Origin: Fonticula alba ATCC 38817
Lineage: Eukaryota; Protista; Nucleariida
Assembly: GCA_000388065.2 (NCBI GenBank)
Contig: KB932206.1
Strand: one strand, 5' to 3'
Length of the DNA: 64,000 nucleotides
Shown: in pieces, positions 25,075-37,503 of the stretch
Layout: each line of letters starts with the position of its first letter
Position numbering within the stretch: the first letter of the stretch is position 1
Notes under the pieces: model-generated
What the model was told of the DNA's origin: nothing
Databases searched by the model: none
What the model saw: the letters and a program-made list of their open reading frames with translations, nothing else
Position numbers and translations under genes: made by a program

Positions 25075-25232
25075 ATTATACTCGCACACTCCACACTCTG
25101 TCATGGATGTGTGTGTGTGTGTGTGTGGCCCGCTCATGCACCGGCCCCTTCCCCGCTGACGACGCCCGCTCTTTCTGCCACCACCCTCCATCCCTCGGCT
25201 TCCAGCCCTCTCCCCCCCCCTCTCCCCAAAGC

Positions 25233-26146
25233 ATGCTCTCCCGCATTGCCACTTCCGGTATCACCGCCACTGCTGCCCGGACTTTTACCACCTCCGCTGC
25301 CGTCGCCGCCGCCAACATGCCCAAGGATTTCAACCAGATCGCCAAGTCCCTCGAGGAGCACAAGGACTCCGCCGGGAACCTCCCCCTCCTGCGCTTCGGC
25401 GACGTTTCTGACCCCGCGGTCATCGTCCTCCAGGTCCGTGCCTCTTCCGGGCTCCTGCCACGCGCCCGGCCGTGTCTTTTGCTGACCCCTCTGCATGCAT
25501 CCCCCCCCCCCCCCCCCCCCCCCCCCGCCCCCCACCCCCGCCCCTATCCTCATGCACCATGTCGCACCAACAGGAGTGGTGGGGCATCAACGGCGACGTC
25601 AAGGACCACGCCCGGCAGATCGCCGCGCGCGGCTACGAGGCCGTCATCCCCGACCTCTATCGCGGCAAGTCCACCCTGGAGGTGGCCGAGGCCGAGCACC
25701 TGATGAACGACCTGGACTTCGCCAAGGCCATCACCGACCTGGACGCCCTGATCAAGCATGTCCGCGAGACCAAGGGCTGTGCCGGGGTCAACCGCCCTGT
25801 CGTGCTGACTGGCTTCTGCATGGGCAGCATTCTGGCCCTGGCCACTGCTGCCAAGGCGGAGAACCGTGTTGACGGTGTTGTTGGTACCTACATCCTCCTT
25901 GTTCCTTTCTTCTTCTTTTTTTCCCCCCCCTCGGTGCCTGGCCACGGCTGGCATGTCTCTTCTCCCGTCCTCCTCTCCCGTCCTCCTCTCCCTTGTATCG
26001 CACGTGTTGACCACGATCGCCCGACGTCCTCTTGTCTCCCCCTTCCTCCTCCCTGCCCGATGCTGGTCATTCACGCATAGGCTTCTACGGCGTCCCCTCG
26101 GCCGATGTTGCCGACCTGACCCAGATCAAGGCGCCGGTCCAGGTAC

Positions 26147-26210
<64 letters not shown>

Positions 26211-26774
26211 GGTTGTCCTCGTGCCTTGCTCCTGTCGTCGCAAAATGAGCCCAGATTGCCACGCCACATGCTCCTGCTGCTGCGCCTGCCCATGCCCCAC
26301 GTCCAGCGACGCATGAGGAAGTCCACCACTGACACTGCCATTCCCCCCTGCCCTAGGCTCACTTCGGTGTCAAGGACCCCTTCGATATCTCCGACCCCAA
26401 GGCCTCGGCTCGCGTGCGTCCGCCTCCTCTCCCCCTGCCCCGCCGTCTCTTTTTTTTTTCCCCATCCGCGCCACCTCCATTCCTTCCTCTATCTATCTCT
26501 CTCTCTCGCCGTGCCTTTGCTGACTGCCGGCGGTGCATCTGCCTGGCCCATGCCCTGCCTCCCGATCCAGCTGGCCGTCATGCTGGCCGCCTCTGGCGTG
26601 GAGCACGAGATCTTCAACTATGAGGAGCAGGGCCACGGCTTCCTCAACAGCTCCGAGTGGTATGCCGGTATGCGGCCGATCCTCGGCGCCCCGCCCACCG
26701 ACCCGACTGACATCGAGCTGGCCTGGTCTCGCTTCTTCGCCTTCGTCGATAAGGTCACCAACAAGGAGAAGTAA
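25233..26774 (+). CDS. Dienelactone hydrolase family protein with predicted mitochondrial presequence, 5 exons
   Basis: VIVLQ|EWWGI, PDLYRG, nucleophile elbow GFCMG, GFYGVP, HFGVKD (Asp) and GHGF (His) give a Cys-Asp-His triad. N-terminus MLSRIATSGITATAARTFTTS is Arg/Ser/Thr-rich with no acidic residues. Confidence 0.9.
26152..26208. repeat. (CA)n microsatellite within a dienelactone hydrolase intron
   Basis: About 28 perfect CA units visible. Confidence 0.95.
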
Positions 26775-27343
26775 GCGGCATGGCAAGATGGAGGATGTCC
26801 ATCTGGCAAAATGTGCCCCTTCCTTCGGGAGGGCAGCGAAGTAGTTGCTGCGTTCGCATGTGCACCTCCCCCCTCTCGCTGTGTTCCTGTCGCGAGGGGC
26901 GCGCACATGCGGGCAATCGCGTGTGTGTGGGTGTGTCTGTGCCTTAAGATGTGTATGGCTGCGTGTGGATGGGGACCCTCCTCTCCCACTCGGATCACCC
27001 GCACCCACCCACCCACCCACCCACTCGCACACATCGTGCATGTCCTCGGGCGCTCCACCTGCTGGCCTCATGCGCGCAGGGGAGCACAAGCGACTCGCTT
27101 TCCCCCCTCCCCCCCTCTGTCTCGTTGTCCAATCACCTTCCCCCTCGCCCCTCATAAAATGAAACCAAAATAAAGCGGGCCTCCGCGCGCGTGCGTGTGC
27201 ACGCATGGAGATCCCACATTCCGTCTTTCCTTGATCTTTTAGCCTGTCCTCCGGCCGGGCAGGCAGCGGCCAGCTATCTTAGCGAAGCGGCGGGTTCAAG
27301 TGAGCAGCTACTGCCAAAGGCAAATCGAGGAAAGAGAGAGAGG

Positions 27344-27377
<34 letters not shown>

Positions 27378-29467
27378 CCAGCCTGATGTGATGGCTGGCC
27401 GTGAATGTGTATCTGTGTATGTGTGTTGTTGTGTACACGGGATGAACGGAAGAGCCTGGGCCCCGAGAAAAATGCGCTGGGACGCCAGACAAATGAATGT
27501 GAGACCGATGGGCTCCGAAAGGACATCGCCCTTCCGTCCTTCCGTCCTTCCGCCCGCCCGCCTGAAAGGACGCCCAGGCCCACATAGCGCGCTGAGTTAC
27601 CTACATGTAGTTAAGCAATGTGATGATGGGAAGAAGGCAGATGACATGCCGTGGCCCGAGCGCACGAGTGGCAGCTGGCCCCCGTTGTTCGCGCGAAAGT
27701 CACGCCCTCCGGGACGGCCTACCATGGGCTTCGGAGCACCTGCGTGAGAAGGATCCCGGCCCCGGCAGGTTGCACGATGTCCACACGCCGGCGCTGTGAC
27801 AGATTCACGCCGGAGACAACAATGATGGTCCCTGCCCCGCGCTCTCCCTTATTGGCCTCGCCGCCGGGGCCTCCGCGACAAGCGATCGAGCGGGGTGATC
27901 GGCCGGGCCTGGGGCAGGGCGGGGGCCGCCACTTTCGGTGTGTGTGTCAGCCGAGCCGAGGTAAAAACCCCCATGTCTGGCTCGGGCGTCCCGGCCGGGG
28001 CGTGAAAATCGCCCTCGCCTCTTGGCCAGGCGCGGCCACACCCCCGGGCCCCTTGCCCGGGGTGGCAGCGAGGGAGAGGCTTCCCGGAAGGGGGGCGCCG
28101 GGGGGTTAATGATGGCTGGTCCTATCGCATTAAGCGCCGGCACAGGGATGTGCGAAATAGTGAACGGAGCGACAAGGCAGCTGGCGAGGAAAAAAAAAGA
28201 GACATGACAAGATTCCGACCTGCTGTCGATGGGTCACATCTCGAGCGAGAGAGAGGGGGGGGGGGGGCGGGGCAGCACGGCCCCCTGAAGGTATGTGAGC
28301 CCGAGGGACAGCGCAAGACAGAGGGGCCGAGCGGGGGAGGGGGGAGGGAGGGAGAGCGGGCGAGCGAGAGAGCCTGAGGGAGATAAAAGGGCATGCAGCG
28401 ATTGGCCCTGGCTACGCGGGGTCGGGGGCCTGCCAGACTCCAATCGCCTCGGCTTGACTTTGGCATTCCTTGGCAGAGCAGCACCCAGGGACCACCCACA
28501 GGAGGAGAGGCGTGCGACGCATGGAAGGGAGGGACCCGGTGTGGGGCAACTTGTGTTAAGGAAATCCTTTGGAGGTCTTTCTCGGGCACATCTTTCGGAG
28601 GCAGTGCTCTAGGGCCTTCATTCGCAGACACGCGCCTGCCCACGCGCATGCCTGCCTTTAGTAGGCTCAGCCAGTGAGAGGACCAGGAGGAGTGGGAGCT
28701 AAGCCGCCAGTACGACCGCCGGGAGTGACATCTGGTGTCCATTGCGCCAGGCGCCCCGGTGGCCAGATATCCCGAGACGTATGGGGGCTGGGGGGGAGGG
28801 GGAGGGGGGGGGGGGGGGGTGAGCACATGGCATCGCGGCCTCCAACGCCCCCTTGGCCCCTGCTCGCCCTTCGCCTGTCTCGTGCACCATCGTCAGTCGC
28901 GACGAAGGAGGCAGGCCCGGAGGGGCGTCGGCACTGTCAGACCTCTGCCTCGTGGGTGAGCATCCGAGGGCGGTGGGCAGCGGGGGAGTGATGGTGCTCA
29001 GTGGGAGTGCGTGCATTGGGGAGGTTTCTCGATGGAGCCAGCCGCGAAAGTCATACAAGTGGCATGGTGCACGCGATCTCTCTCTCTCTCTCTCTCACTC
29101 TCTCTCTCTCTCTCGATCTGCTGGCGACCCTTTCGTGAGATGTTGCCGCGGCGCCCCCGGGGCCGGGGGATTTTTCAGGTGAATATTTCATCCAATTCCC
29201 CCTGGGGATGGGGTGGGAAACCGACGATATGCCCCGAGGGCGACACTCCAACACCGTGCACCCCCTCCCCCCGCACCCCCGCAGATGCGCCCACCGGCGA
29301 GGGGCGGGGCATGACCGCCTGTGGCCCCTGCCCTGAGTGTCGTGCCTTTGGCTGGTCCAGTCCTCGACGCCCCTGTGGCCGGAGACGAGAGGGGCGCCGG
29401 AGGGAAGCGAAGAGGGGGCAGAGGCTCGGCAGGGCGAGAGCGTTCGTGTGCCTACATATATGTATGT

Positions 29468-29504
<37 letters not shown>

Positions 29505-30846
29505 GCAGCCCTTCAGGAAGCCAATGCTCCGCACTCCTGGGGCAGTAGTAGCCTGTCCGGGTGTTGCCGTGTTGCCCCTCGCGTCCCCCCTTAGATCGGG
29601 TGTTTTTGTTGGTCACCAGAGTACTCTCCCCCCGGGGCCAAACATGGGTCTCGTTGCCCCCCCCCCAGCAGGCCGGCAGGGTCTGGGCATCTGCCAGACG
29701 AGTGGATATCCATGTATTTCCCCACAATCAGACGGGCTGTTGGCGACCGGCACACCACAGCGGCCCTCTCCCGCGCATCTTGGAGGCACCTTCGGAGACA
29801 GGAGGACAGAAGCCGAAAGGGAGGTAAAGGGGGGGGGGGGAAAGTAGGTGCCCCGGCGGCGGGGAGGGCCGTCTTCCTACGGGGCGCCCCGAAGCATACC
29901 TCGCCAGATGCTCCAAGGGGGGCCGCATTTCCCGGCGAAGGGGCCCCCTGCTGACCGGAGGGGGGGCGGGGGGCCCATGCTCGCTCGAACGCTGGGGGGC
30001 TGTGAAATTCACGCTGCCATCCGCAAGGAGGGGGGGCCAATCCGGCCCCCGCCCGAGCCCCGGGGAGGGAGGCGGACACCTAGTGGGTGTGGGGTAGGAG
30101 CCGGGACATTCGCCATTGAGAACGCGCGGATGCGTGTCTGTCCTTCCGCGCACAGACAAGCACGCGTGCGTCCATGTGTCCGCGGAGCGCCCTTCCTTCC
30201 AGGGAGCGAGAGCCAGGAGAAGGGCGAGGGCTTCTATGGCGCCACACCCGCCGGTGATGCTGCGCTCTTTCATGGCACGCCCTGGCTGAAGGCCCGAGGA
30301 GGGAGGGAGAGGGGGGGGGGCGGACCTTAAGCCAGGGCCGGCTGCAAAGCAGACAGGCCCCTTCGGCGAGACGCACCTCCACCCTCTCGCATGCTTCGCC
30401 CTGCCATGTGCCAATGTCTACATCAGATCAAAAGGGCTCCTCAAATGCCCCTTCATGCCATTGCAAAATCACCCTCCCCCTTCCTACTACCTTCTCACGC
30501 GCAAACACACACACACGCACACGCACACATACATACATACATACTCGCTCGCCGACACGCGCGCAGGCACGCACGCACGCACGCACGAGAGCAAGCCCAA
30601 ACGAGGGGAAGCAGAGAACGAGAAAGCGCGAAAGCACGAGCAAGACAACCACAGCAAATCGACCACCGGTTTCCAAGAGCCCGTGTAGCCTGCTCTCGGC
30701 CTCTGCTCCTCGCCACGCCCGGCCGACCGTATCTGTCCCTGTCTGCCGCCGGGGAAGCAGGCGGCGCGCATTATTTCCCTTTTTCTTTCCCCATCCCCCC
30801 CCCCCCCCCCAACACACACACACACACACACACACACACAGCACCA

Positions 30847-33800
30847 ATGCGAGGCGTGTCGCTGTACCGGATCTTTGGCGCCGGCATCGGGGCTGGAATT
30901 GTCAGCCTCGGCGTGGTGCTCCATGTGGCCAGCACACACACGGTGCGGGAACTCCTCCAGCCGGACCGGCTGCTGGCCATGACAACCGGCGTCCTGGCCT
31001 TTGCCCAGGCATGCTTCTCCTTCTTCCTGGTGACCACCCTCACGCCCTATGCTGTGACCTTTGGCAAAATCATCCTCTACTCCTACCCGCCGTATGTGAT
31101 GGAGTCCAGCCCGGTGCTGTGGGTCTTCCTCGGCCTCTACATCATGGGCCTCGTGGGGGCGGCAGGCTGGTGGCATTTGGCCGAGACGGCCTTCGGCCCG
31201 GTGGCCAGCCTGACGCTGCTGTCGCCGGTGACCGTGCGTCTGGCGCGCCTGACCGCCGAGAGCCTGGCCTCCCGGCCGGCCAGCTGGCCCGGCGTGGCCC
31301 GGCAATTCCTCGCCGGGGCCGGCCATTGGATCTGGTATCGGTGGCTGTCGAGCCGCGGAGCCCAGCTGGTGGCCATTTGGCTGGTGGCCAATGTGGCCGC
31401 CACGGCCTACATCACCGTGGCCAATTTGCGCTCGGTGCGTCCCCTGCGCTTGTCGCAGATGCGCTGGAAGTTGGTCGAACGCCGGGCCCGGTCCACTCGG
31501 GTGACGGCCACGCCGCTTTCCGGGCCCACGCCGGATCTCCGGTCCGCCGAGGCCGGCGGCGCCGCCTCGCGCTCCCCCGCCGGCAGGGGGACCGCCTCGG
31601 CCGGAAGCTGCTGCAGCTTTGGCATTGTCAATGAGGCCGCATGTGCCGGGCCGAACTCCGGCCACTTGGGCCCCCTCGACGAGGGGGAGGACCACCTGGC
31701 TGCCAGCCAGCCTGGCCAGCAGCATCACCAGTGCGGCAATATGTCCTGCCTCGGGCGGCTGCATGGGGCCGCGCGCCCGCTGACCGCGGCCGAGGAACGC
31801 CTCGAGGAGGAACTGGACCAGCTGGTGGAGAAGGCCAATGCCCGGACCTTGGAGCAGGTGTCGCCGGAGCTGCTACAAATGCTGGCCCCGAAGACCGGCG
31901 AGCTGTTCGGCTCGTCGACGCTGGCCACACCACGCTTGAGCCGGAGCCCGGGCTCCCTGGACGAGGAGTACTCCGAGGAGGAGCTGTCCGAGTCGGAAGA
32001 GGAGGAGGTCGCCAAGGAGACCCTCTCGCCAAGTGCCGATGCCAGGGCCCTGTCGTCCATCCGGCGCCGGGCCATTCGCAAGGCCCGGCCATTCGAAGCC
32101 ACCACCATGCTCGACACGCTGGAGCGCGATGTGCTGGAGGGCTTGAGCCAGGCCCCCCTGCCGGGGGGGCTGCTACACCAGTGGTTCAGCGGCCTCAATT
32201 GGCGCTCGGTCCTGACCGGGTCCTGGTGCTTCGACCCGCAGCCGGGCGTCATCAAAACCAAGCACATCCTCTACTGGCATGGGGGGGCAGATGGTGGGGA
32301 TCGGCACTTCGCCGGCCTGCCGCCTGACACCACGGACCCGGAGATGGTGGCCGGGCGCTCGTGGGCCGAGTTCCTCGACCCCCCGGCCGAGGAGTATGCG
32401 GTGCGTCTTTCGGCGGCCGCACCAAGCCGATGCCACGCGGCCAGGAACGGGGGGAGAAGCCACATGTGCCCCCGGGGGGGAGGGGGGGGGGGGGGCGAAA
32501 GGAAACGCACACACACTCCGAGAGGGAGACACGGGGCGAAGGGGAGGCTGAAAGCGACAGGGCGAAGACCACGACGAAGCACCGGCTTCCGGCTGCGCGC
32601 GCACCACCCACCGCGGAGGTTGCTAACGATCCTGTCTGCTTGCTCTGCCCCCTCCTGGCACGCGGCACCAACGGGCGCCCATGGGTGTCCCAGGCGACGG
32701 CCGCATCGCGCCTGGTTGACAGCGATTTCACCATGGACATCCTGATCCCGGACCATGTTGACCCGACGAACTTGGCCGCCGTGGCGGCCCTCCCGCGGGT
32801 GGTCAACATCCACGGCGGGGCCTGGGTCATCGGCGACAAGAGCCTGGCCTCGCTGCCGATGACATATGCCCTGGCCCGTGCCGGCTTCCTGGTGGCCACC
32901 TGCAATTACCGGCTCTGCCCGCGGGCACACAGCGTGGTGGAGATGCTGCGCGACTGCCGCCGAGCCATGGAGTTCGTGCGCACCGGTCGCGCGGTGTCGC
33001 GCTTTGTCGAGCGCGCCCGTCGGGTCCATGGCAGCCGGGCGGCCCTCCTCCGGATGAATCCCACCCGTGACTGGGACCACCCCCTGTCGGGGGATCTGCA
33101 TCCTGCTGGGGCGAGCTTCCTCGAGCATCGTCGCGTGTTTTTGGCCGGCGATTCGGCCGGCGGTCATATTGCCCTTGTTCTGTCCCTCGGCCAAGCACAC
33201 ACGGCCACGCGCGTGGAGCACCAGCGTCGACTGGCCGAGGTGGGCAAGGTGGCCGGGACCCGGGTGGCAGCGGCGGCGGCGGCGGCGGCGGCTCCTGCCG
33301 GGCCGGTCGCCGACCCAGTGTCGGGACCTCGGCACAAGGCCGCCCCCGGTGATCTGGCGCCTGTGGCCGATGCCGAGGCCGTTCGAGCGCATCTGACCAA
33401 TCCACGGCGCGACACCGATCCCCGAGTGGCTGCCGTGCTGGACTTCTTCGGTGTCGGGGATTTCCTCAATGAACAGCAATTCATCAAACACCGGCAGCTA
33501 ACCACCCTGCTGGAGGAGTACCTCTTGCGTCGATCGCCCGATGGGGACCCCACCTCGCGGCGCTTTTCCCCGCATCACATGGTGCAGGACATGATCGCCG
33601 ACATTCGTGCCCGGCAGGTGGCCCGACGGACCGACGGTAAGCCCAAGCCATCGGCTGAGGCGGGGAGACTGCCCTGCACCGAGGAGGTGTGGCTGCCGCC
33701 GCAGTTCGGCATCAGCGGCACGCGCGACACCCTCGTCCCGTCACCCATGTCCGTGTCCCTGTACAAGGAGCTGAAAGTGCGTACCAGGTCCAAGGGCCGG

Positions 33801-34226
33801 CATGTGCCATGGCGCGGGAGCCGGTCAGTGGGGGGCGTCCCGCCAGGCGGGCGACCGGCGGAGGGGGGGAGAGGGGAAAAAAAGAACCCACGGCTTAGAG
33901 GGGGGAAGGGACAAGCAACAGGCGGGGGAGTATCCGGCAAAGGCGCGGGCAAGGAAAGATAGGTATCCGGCTCCGCGGTGCGCCGCATGCATGAAGCTGA
34001 CTGACAAGCTTCCCCCTGGCCCTGGCCTCCTTGCCCCCCCCCCCTCTCCATGTGAGAGAAGACTCTTCGTCTGCTGCGCAATGAGCTGTCCTTGACCGAT
34101 GACATGGTTCGCGTGTCGAATGCCCACCACATCTTCAACTATTACGAGTCGCCACGCACGGCGGCCACAAACCAGGCGGCAATCGCCTTCCTCCGGGCCC
34201 AGATCGCCCTCGGACACTACTATTGA
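30847..34226 (+). CDS. Multi-pass membrane alpha/beta hydrolase of the HSL/GDXG (BD-FAE-like) family, 3 exons (30847-32400, 32694-33776, about 34062-34226)
   Basis: Several N-terminal hydrophobic segments, then HGGAWVIGDK (oxyanion), NYRLCP, GDSAGGH (Ser), GTRDTLVP (Asp) and, in the last exon I read by hand, SNAHHIFNYYESPRT (His), ending ..ALGHYY-TGA. Confidence 0.85.
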
Positions 34227-35331
34227 GAGCAGGGCCGAGAGAGGGGCCAGACAGAGGCCCACAGGGGGAGAGAGGTGCCGAGGGAGGAAGCGAGAGAGAT
34301 GCATGGATGCATGCGGCACCGAGGCCCGCCGCACCATGTAGGCAGAGCCGGCGAGGAGTGGTGCGGGGATGCGCAGGGCAATGCGCGTGCCACACTGCGG
34401 ACTTCGCCCTCTCTCCCTGGCCCCGGCGTCCAACCTTTTCGCACTCTGCCACACACACACACACATACATACACACACACACAAGCTAGATAGATTGCGG
34501 GCAGAGGAGGCGCAAAGGGGTGAGGAGGAAAGCGCGGCGCGCAACCGAACCCCACGCCGGGGAATGTGCCTATTCCCCTGGCGCACGCGCCCTGTCCCAA
34601 TACAGATAGATCTTCGAGGGAAAAAAAGGGAAAGACAAAAGAAAAGCCGACTGGCGGAGGGAGAACGGAGATTGGGCGAGATGGAGCTCGCGCCGGCCGC
34701 ACGCCCGGGGCAAGATGGCAGGGCGGCGGGCTTCGCGCCCGGGGAGTGTGCCCCCCAAGCAAGGCGGCAACACAATCCGGCAAGGAAAACAATCGGAGCC
34801 AGATCGATTAGATGCCGATCTATGCTATTCCCGGAGAGTTGGCATTTGTCGTCAATTAATGTTGGACCCGCTGGTGGAGGCGGCGGCGGGAGCCGGGGGG
34901 GGGGGGGGGGAAAACCGGGCCGGGCCGGTGGGGCCGGGGGGCGCAGACAACAGAGAGTACCACCATATCGGGGCCCATGACCTCGGGGAACAGCGGTCCC
35001 CCTCGGCTGCAAACTATCTGACACGGCAGCCAAAGCCCCCCCCCCCCCCCCGCCCGAGTGACGGGACTCGGCGGGCATTTGGCTAGTGAGCGGATGTCGA
35101 GGCCGCCCGCCAGGCAGGGGCGCTTTCCACGGGCCGGACCGGCGACTACCGGCCGGGCCCGGCGAGAAAAGTGACACCTCCGCCGCTGGCCCTCTTGCTC
35201 CGGCAGCTAACGCTCCCTCTGTCCCGTCCTCCGCCCACCTCTCCTCCCTCCCTCCCCTCCCTCCCCTCCCTCCCCTCTTCCCTCCTTTGCCCTCGATCCG
35301 CCCCATCCAAGCGCCCCCTCCCCCTCCAGCC

Positions 35332-36497
35332 ATGTCTGCCCCGATGAGCAACACCTCGCTGGCGTCCATTCGTGGCGTGATGATCCTGGACTCGGCGGGC
35401 AACCGCATCATGGCTCGTTACTACGACCCGCCAGCCCTGCCGAATGCCGGGCGCTCCGCCGCCAACAACGGTGGCTCGCGCCAGCAGACCCAAAAGTCCC
35501 GGAAGGACGTCATCGATCTGTCCACTCTCGAGGGGCAGCGCTCCTTCGAGGCTCGCGTCTGCGATCAGGCTCGGCGCCTCCCCCGTGCGTGTGCCCCCCT
35601 GCGGCCCCCCGTGGGTCTGATCAAGTGCCGGCAGCCCCCTGCCGCCGCATTCACGCGCATCTCGCCCCCCCCCCCTCTCCGGCTCTCTTCTGTCTGTCTC
35701 CCTCACACACACACACACACGCACACACACGCCATCATCTCGCTCTGGCTTCTCTCCTCCGCCCTGCCTGTATCCGCCTCGGTCGACAGACGGCGAGATC
35801 ATGCACCTCCCTCCGATGCTGGTCTCTTACCGCCCCTCGCGCGACCTGATCCTGGCCATGGTGGCCCCGGAGCACGAGAATGAGCTCGCCCTTTGGACTT
35901 CCCTCAGTGCCCTGGCCGATGCCCTCAACAGCCTGCTGCAGTACGTCCGCCAGGTGCCTTCCCCCCCCCCCCCTGCACGTGGATGCACAGCCACTGACCG
36001 ACAAGCCGAACAGATTCCACCTGGAGAAGTCGGTCATCATCGACTACTACGATCTGGCCCTGCTGGCCATCGACGAGGCGGTTGACGGCGGGTGCGTGTT
36101 CACACATGGAAGAGCACGCTCGCTCCGCGATCCATACATGTGAGCATGCATACTGACTCCATTCCCCCCCCCCCCCCCCGCCCCTCAGTATCCTCCTGGA
36201 GATTGACGGGGCCCAGATCGCCGCACGCGTCGCTGCCCGGCATCCAGATGCCCTTGGTGGCCAGGGATCCTCCTCCTCGTCTGGGCCGGACGGCTCTGGC
36301 GGCAGCCTCGGCGAGCAGATGGTCGGCACGGCCTTTGCGACCGCGCGCCTGATCGGCCGTGCCCTGATGTGCGCCCTCTCGCCCTTTTGCCCTCGACTGC
36401 CTGTGTCGGCGTCTGCCCCGGTGTCGGTCCTTTGGCGAGGCAGCTCCCGGCAAAGCCGCCTTTTCTCACCCCTCTCGCCACACCCCACAGTCAGTGA
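35332..36497 (+). CDS. COPZ1: Coatomer subunit zeta (longin/sigma-like fold), 5 exons
   Basis: IRGVMILDSAGNRIMARYY, QRSFEARV, ENELALWTSLSALADALNSLL, LEKSVIIDYYDLALLAIDEAVDGG|ILLEID..IAARV. Confidence 0.85.
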
Positions 36498-37420
36498 ACG
36501 GTCTTCCACACAAAAGGTCCAGCGCCCTGCCCTGCCTTCAGGCGCCCCTTTCGTTGCCGCCGCCGCCGCCGCCGCCGCTGTTGCTGCTGCGGTGCTTTCT
36601 TGCCATCGTGCCTTGCTCGGCGCAGGACCTGAGGCTCGGGGGCGGCTTGCCTTCCCGCCGCCCGCCCTGCGGCTGTGCCTCCTTTGTAACATAGCTCAAT
36701 TGATGAAACTCCCCAAGAACAAAAGAAAAACAACAGTTGGCCCAGCATTGCCAGGAGGAGACGGGGAGGAGGCGGGGGGGGGGGGGGGGGGCTCGAAGAT
36801 GGCCAAGTAGCAGCACGGCGTTGTAATCGCCCGGGGCGGCTCAGGCGCGGATATTCAAACGCCCGGTGTTGTCCTTCCGCATCCCCCCAGACGGGCGTGA
36901 GCACGGAAGATGCCCTGCATCCTTCTTCGCCCCCCCCCCCCCCCCCCCCCCCAACAAAAGCAGCACGGCTGATTCGGATTGGTCCCGTGAGCGGGGCGTC
37001 TAAATAGCATTCCGCTGATTGTCGCTGGCTGGAATATTGATTCCGGCTGGTTCTCCCCTCGGGCCCGCGGCCGGGCCGGCGGGCTGGCCAAACACCGCAC
37101 ACAAAATATACACGCGCACATACATCGCACACAGACAGGGAGAGATAGACACCCGCCTCGTCCATCAGCCGCTCCCAGGTGGGGGGGCGGGTTTCCCGGC
37201 TCGGGGGGGTGTTCTCCGGAGAGGGTTTTTCTCCGCTCGGAAGTCCCTACGCACCAAGATGGCGATGCGCGACCCGAGGCCGTCAGGTGTGCCCCCGCCC
37301 CAGGCGGCGACCCTTCTGGCATATGCGGAAGACCTTTGGAGTAGGACGCGCCGATGTGGATGTGCGGCCGGCACTTGTGTGGTCAGGAGCAGATGCCCCT
37401 GCCTCGCCGCCCTCCCTTCT

Positions 37421-37421
<1 letters not shown>

Positions 37422-37501
<80 letters not shown>
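37422..37501. repeat. About 80-nt poly-C homopolymer (poly-G on the minus strand)
   Basis: Directly visible; true length is uncertain in this assembly. Confidence 0.9.

Positions 37502-37503
<2 letters not shown>

Noticed and set aside
27280-27301. Pol III A-box (TAGCGAAGCGG) and B-box-like (GGTTCAAGT) words
   Set aside because: The boxes are adjacent rather than 30-60 nt apart, and the T-arm stem does not pair; not a tRNA.
30391-30846. Apparent N-terminal extension of the esterase ORF from ATG 30391
   Set aside because: Translates through CA/CACG microsatellites and poly-C; ATG 30847 begins the coherent coding sequence.
33963-33970. GTATCC after TAG as a possible U12-type donor or micro-exon in esterase intron 2
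   Set aside because: Sequence is GTATCCGG, not GTATCCTT, with no U12 branch consensus or pyrimidine tract upstream.
36188-36196. GTATCCTCC in zeta-COP resembling a U12 donor
   Set aside because: It is the acceptor-exon junction CTCAG|TATCCTC (start of the ILLEID exon), not a donor.
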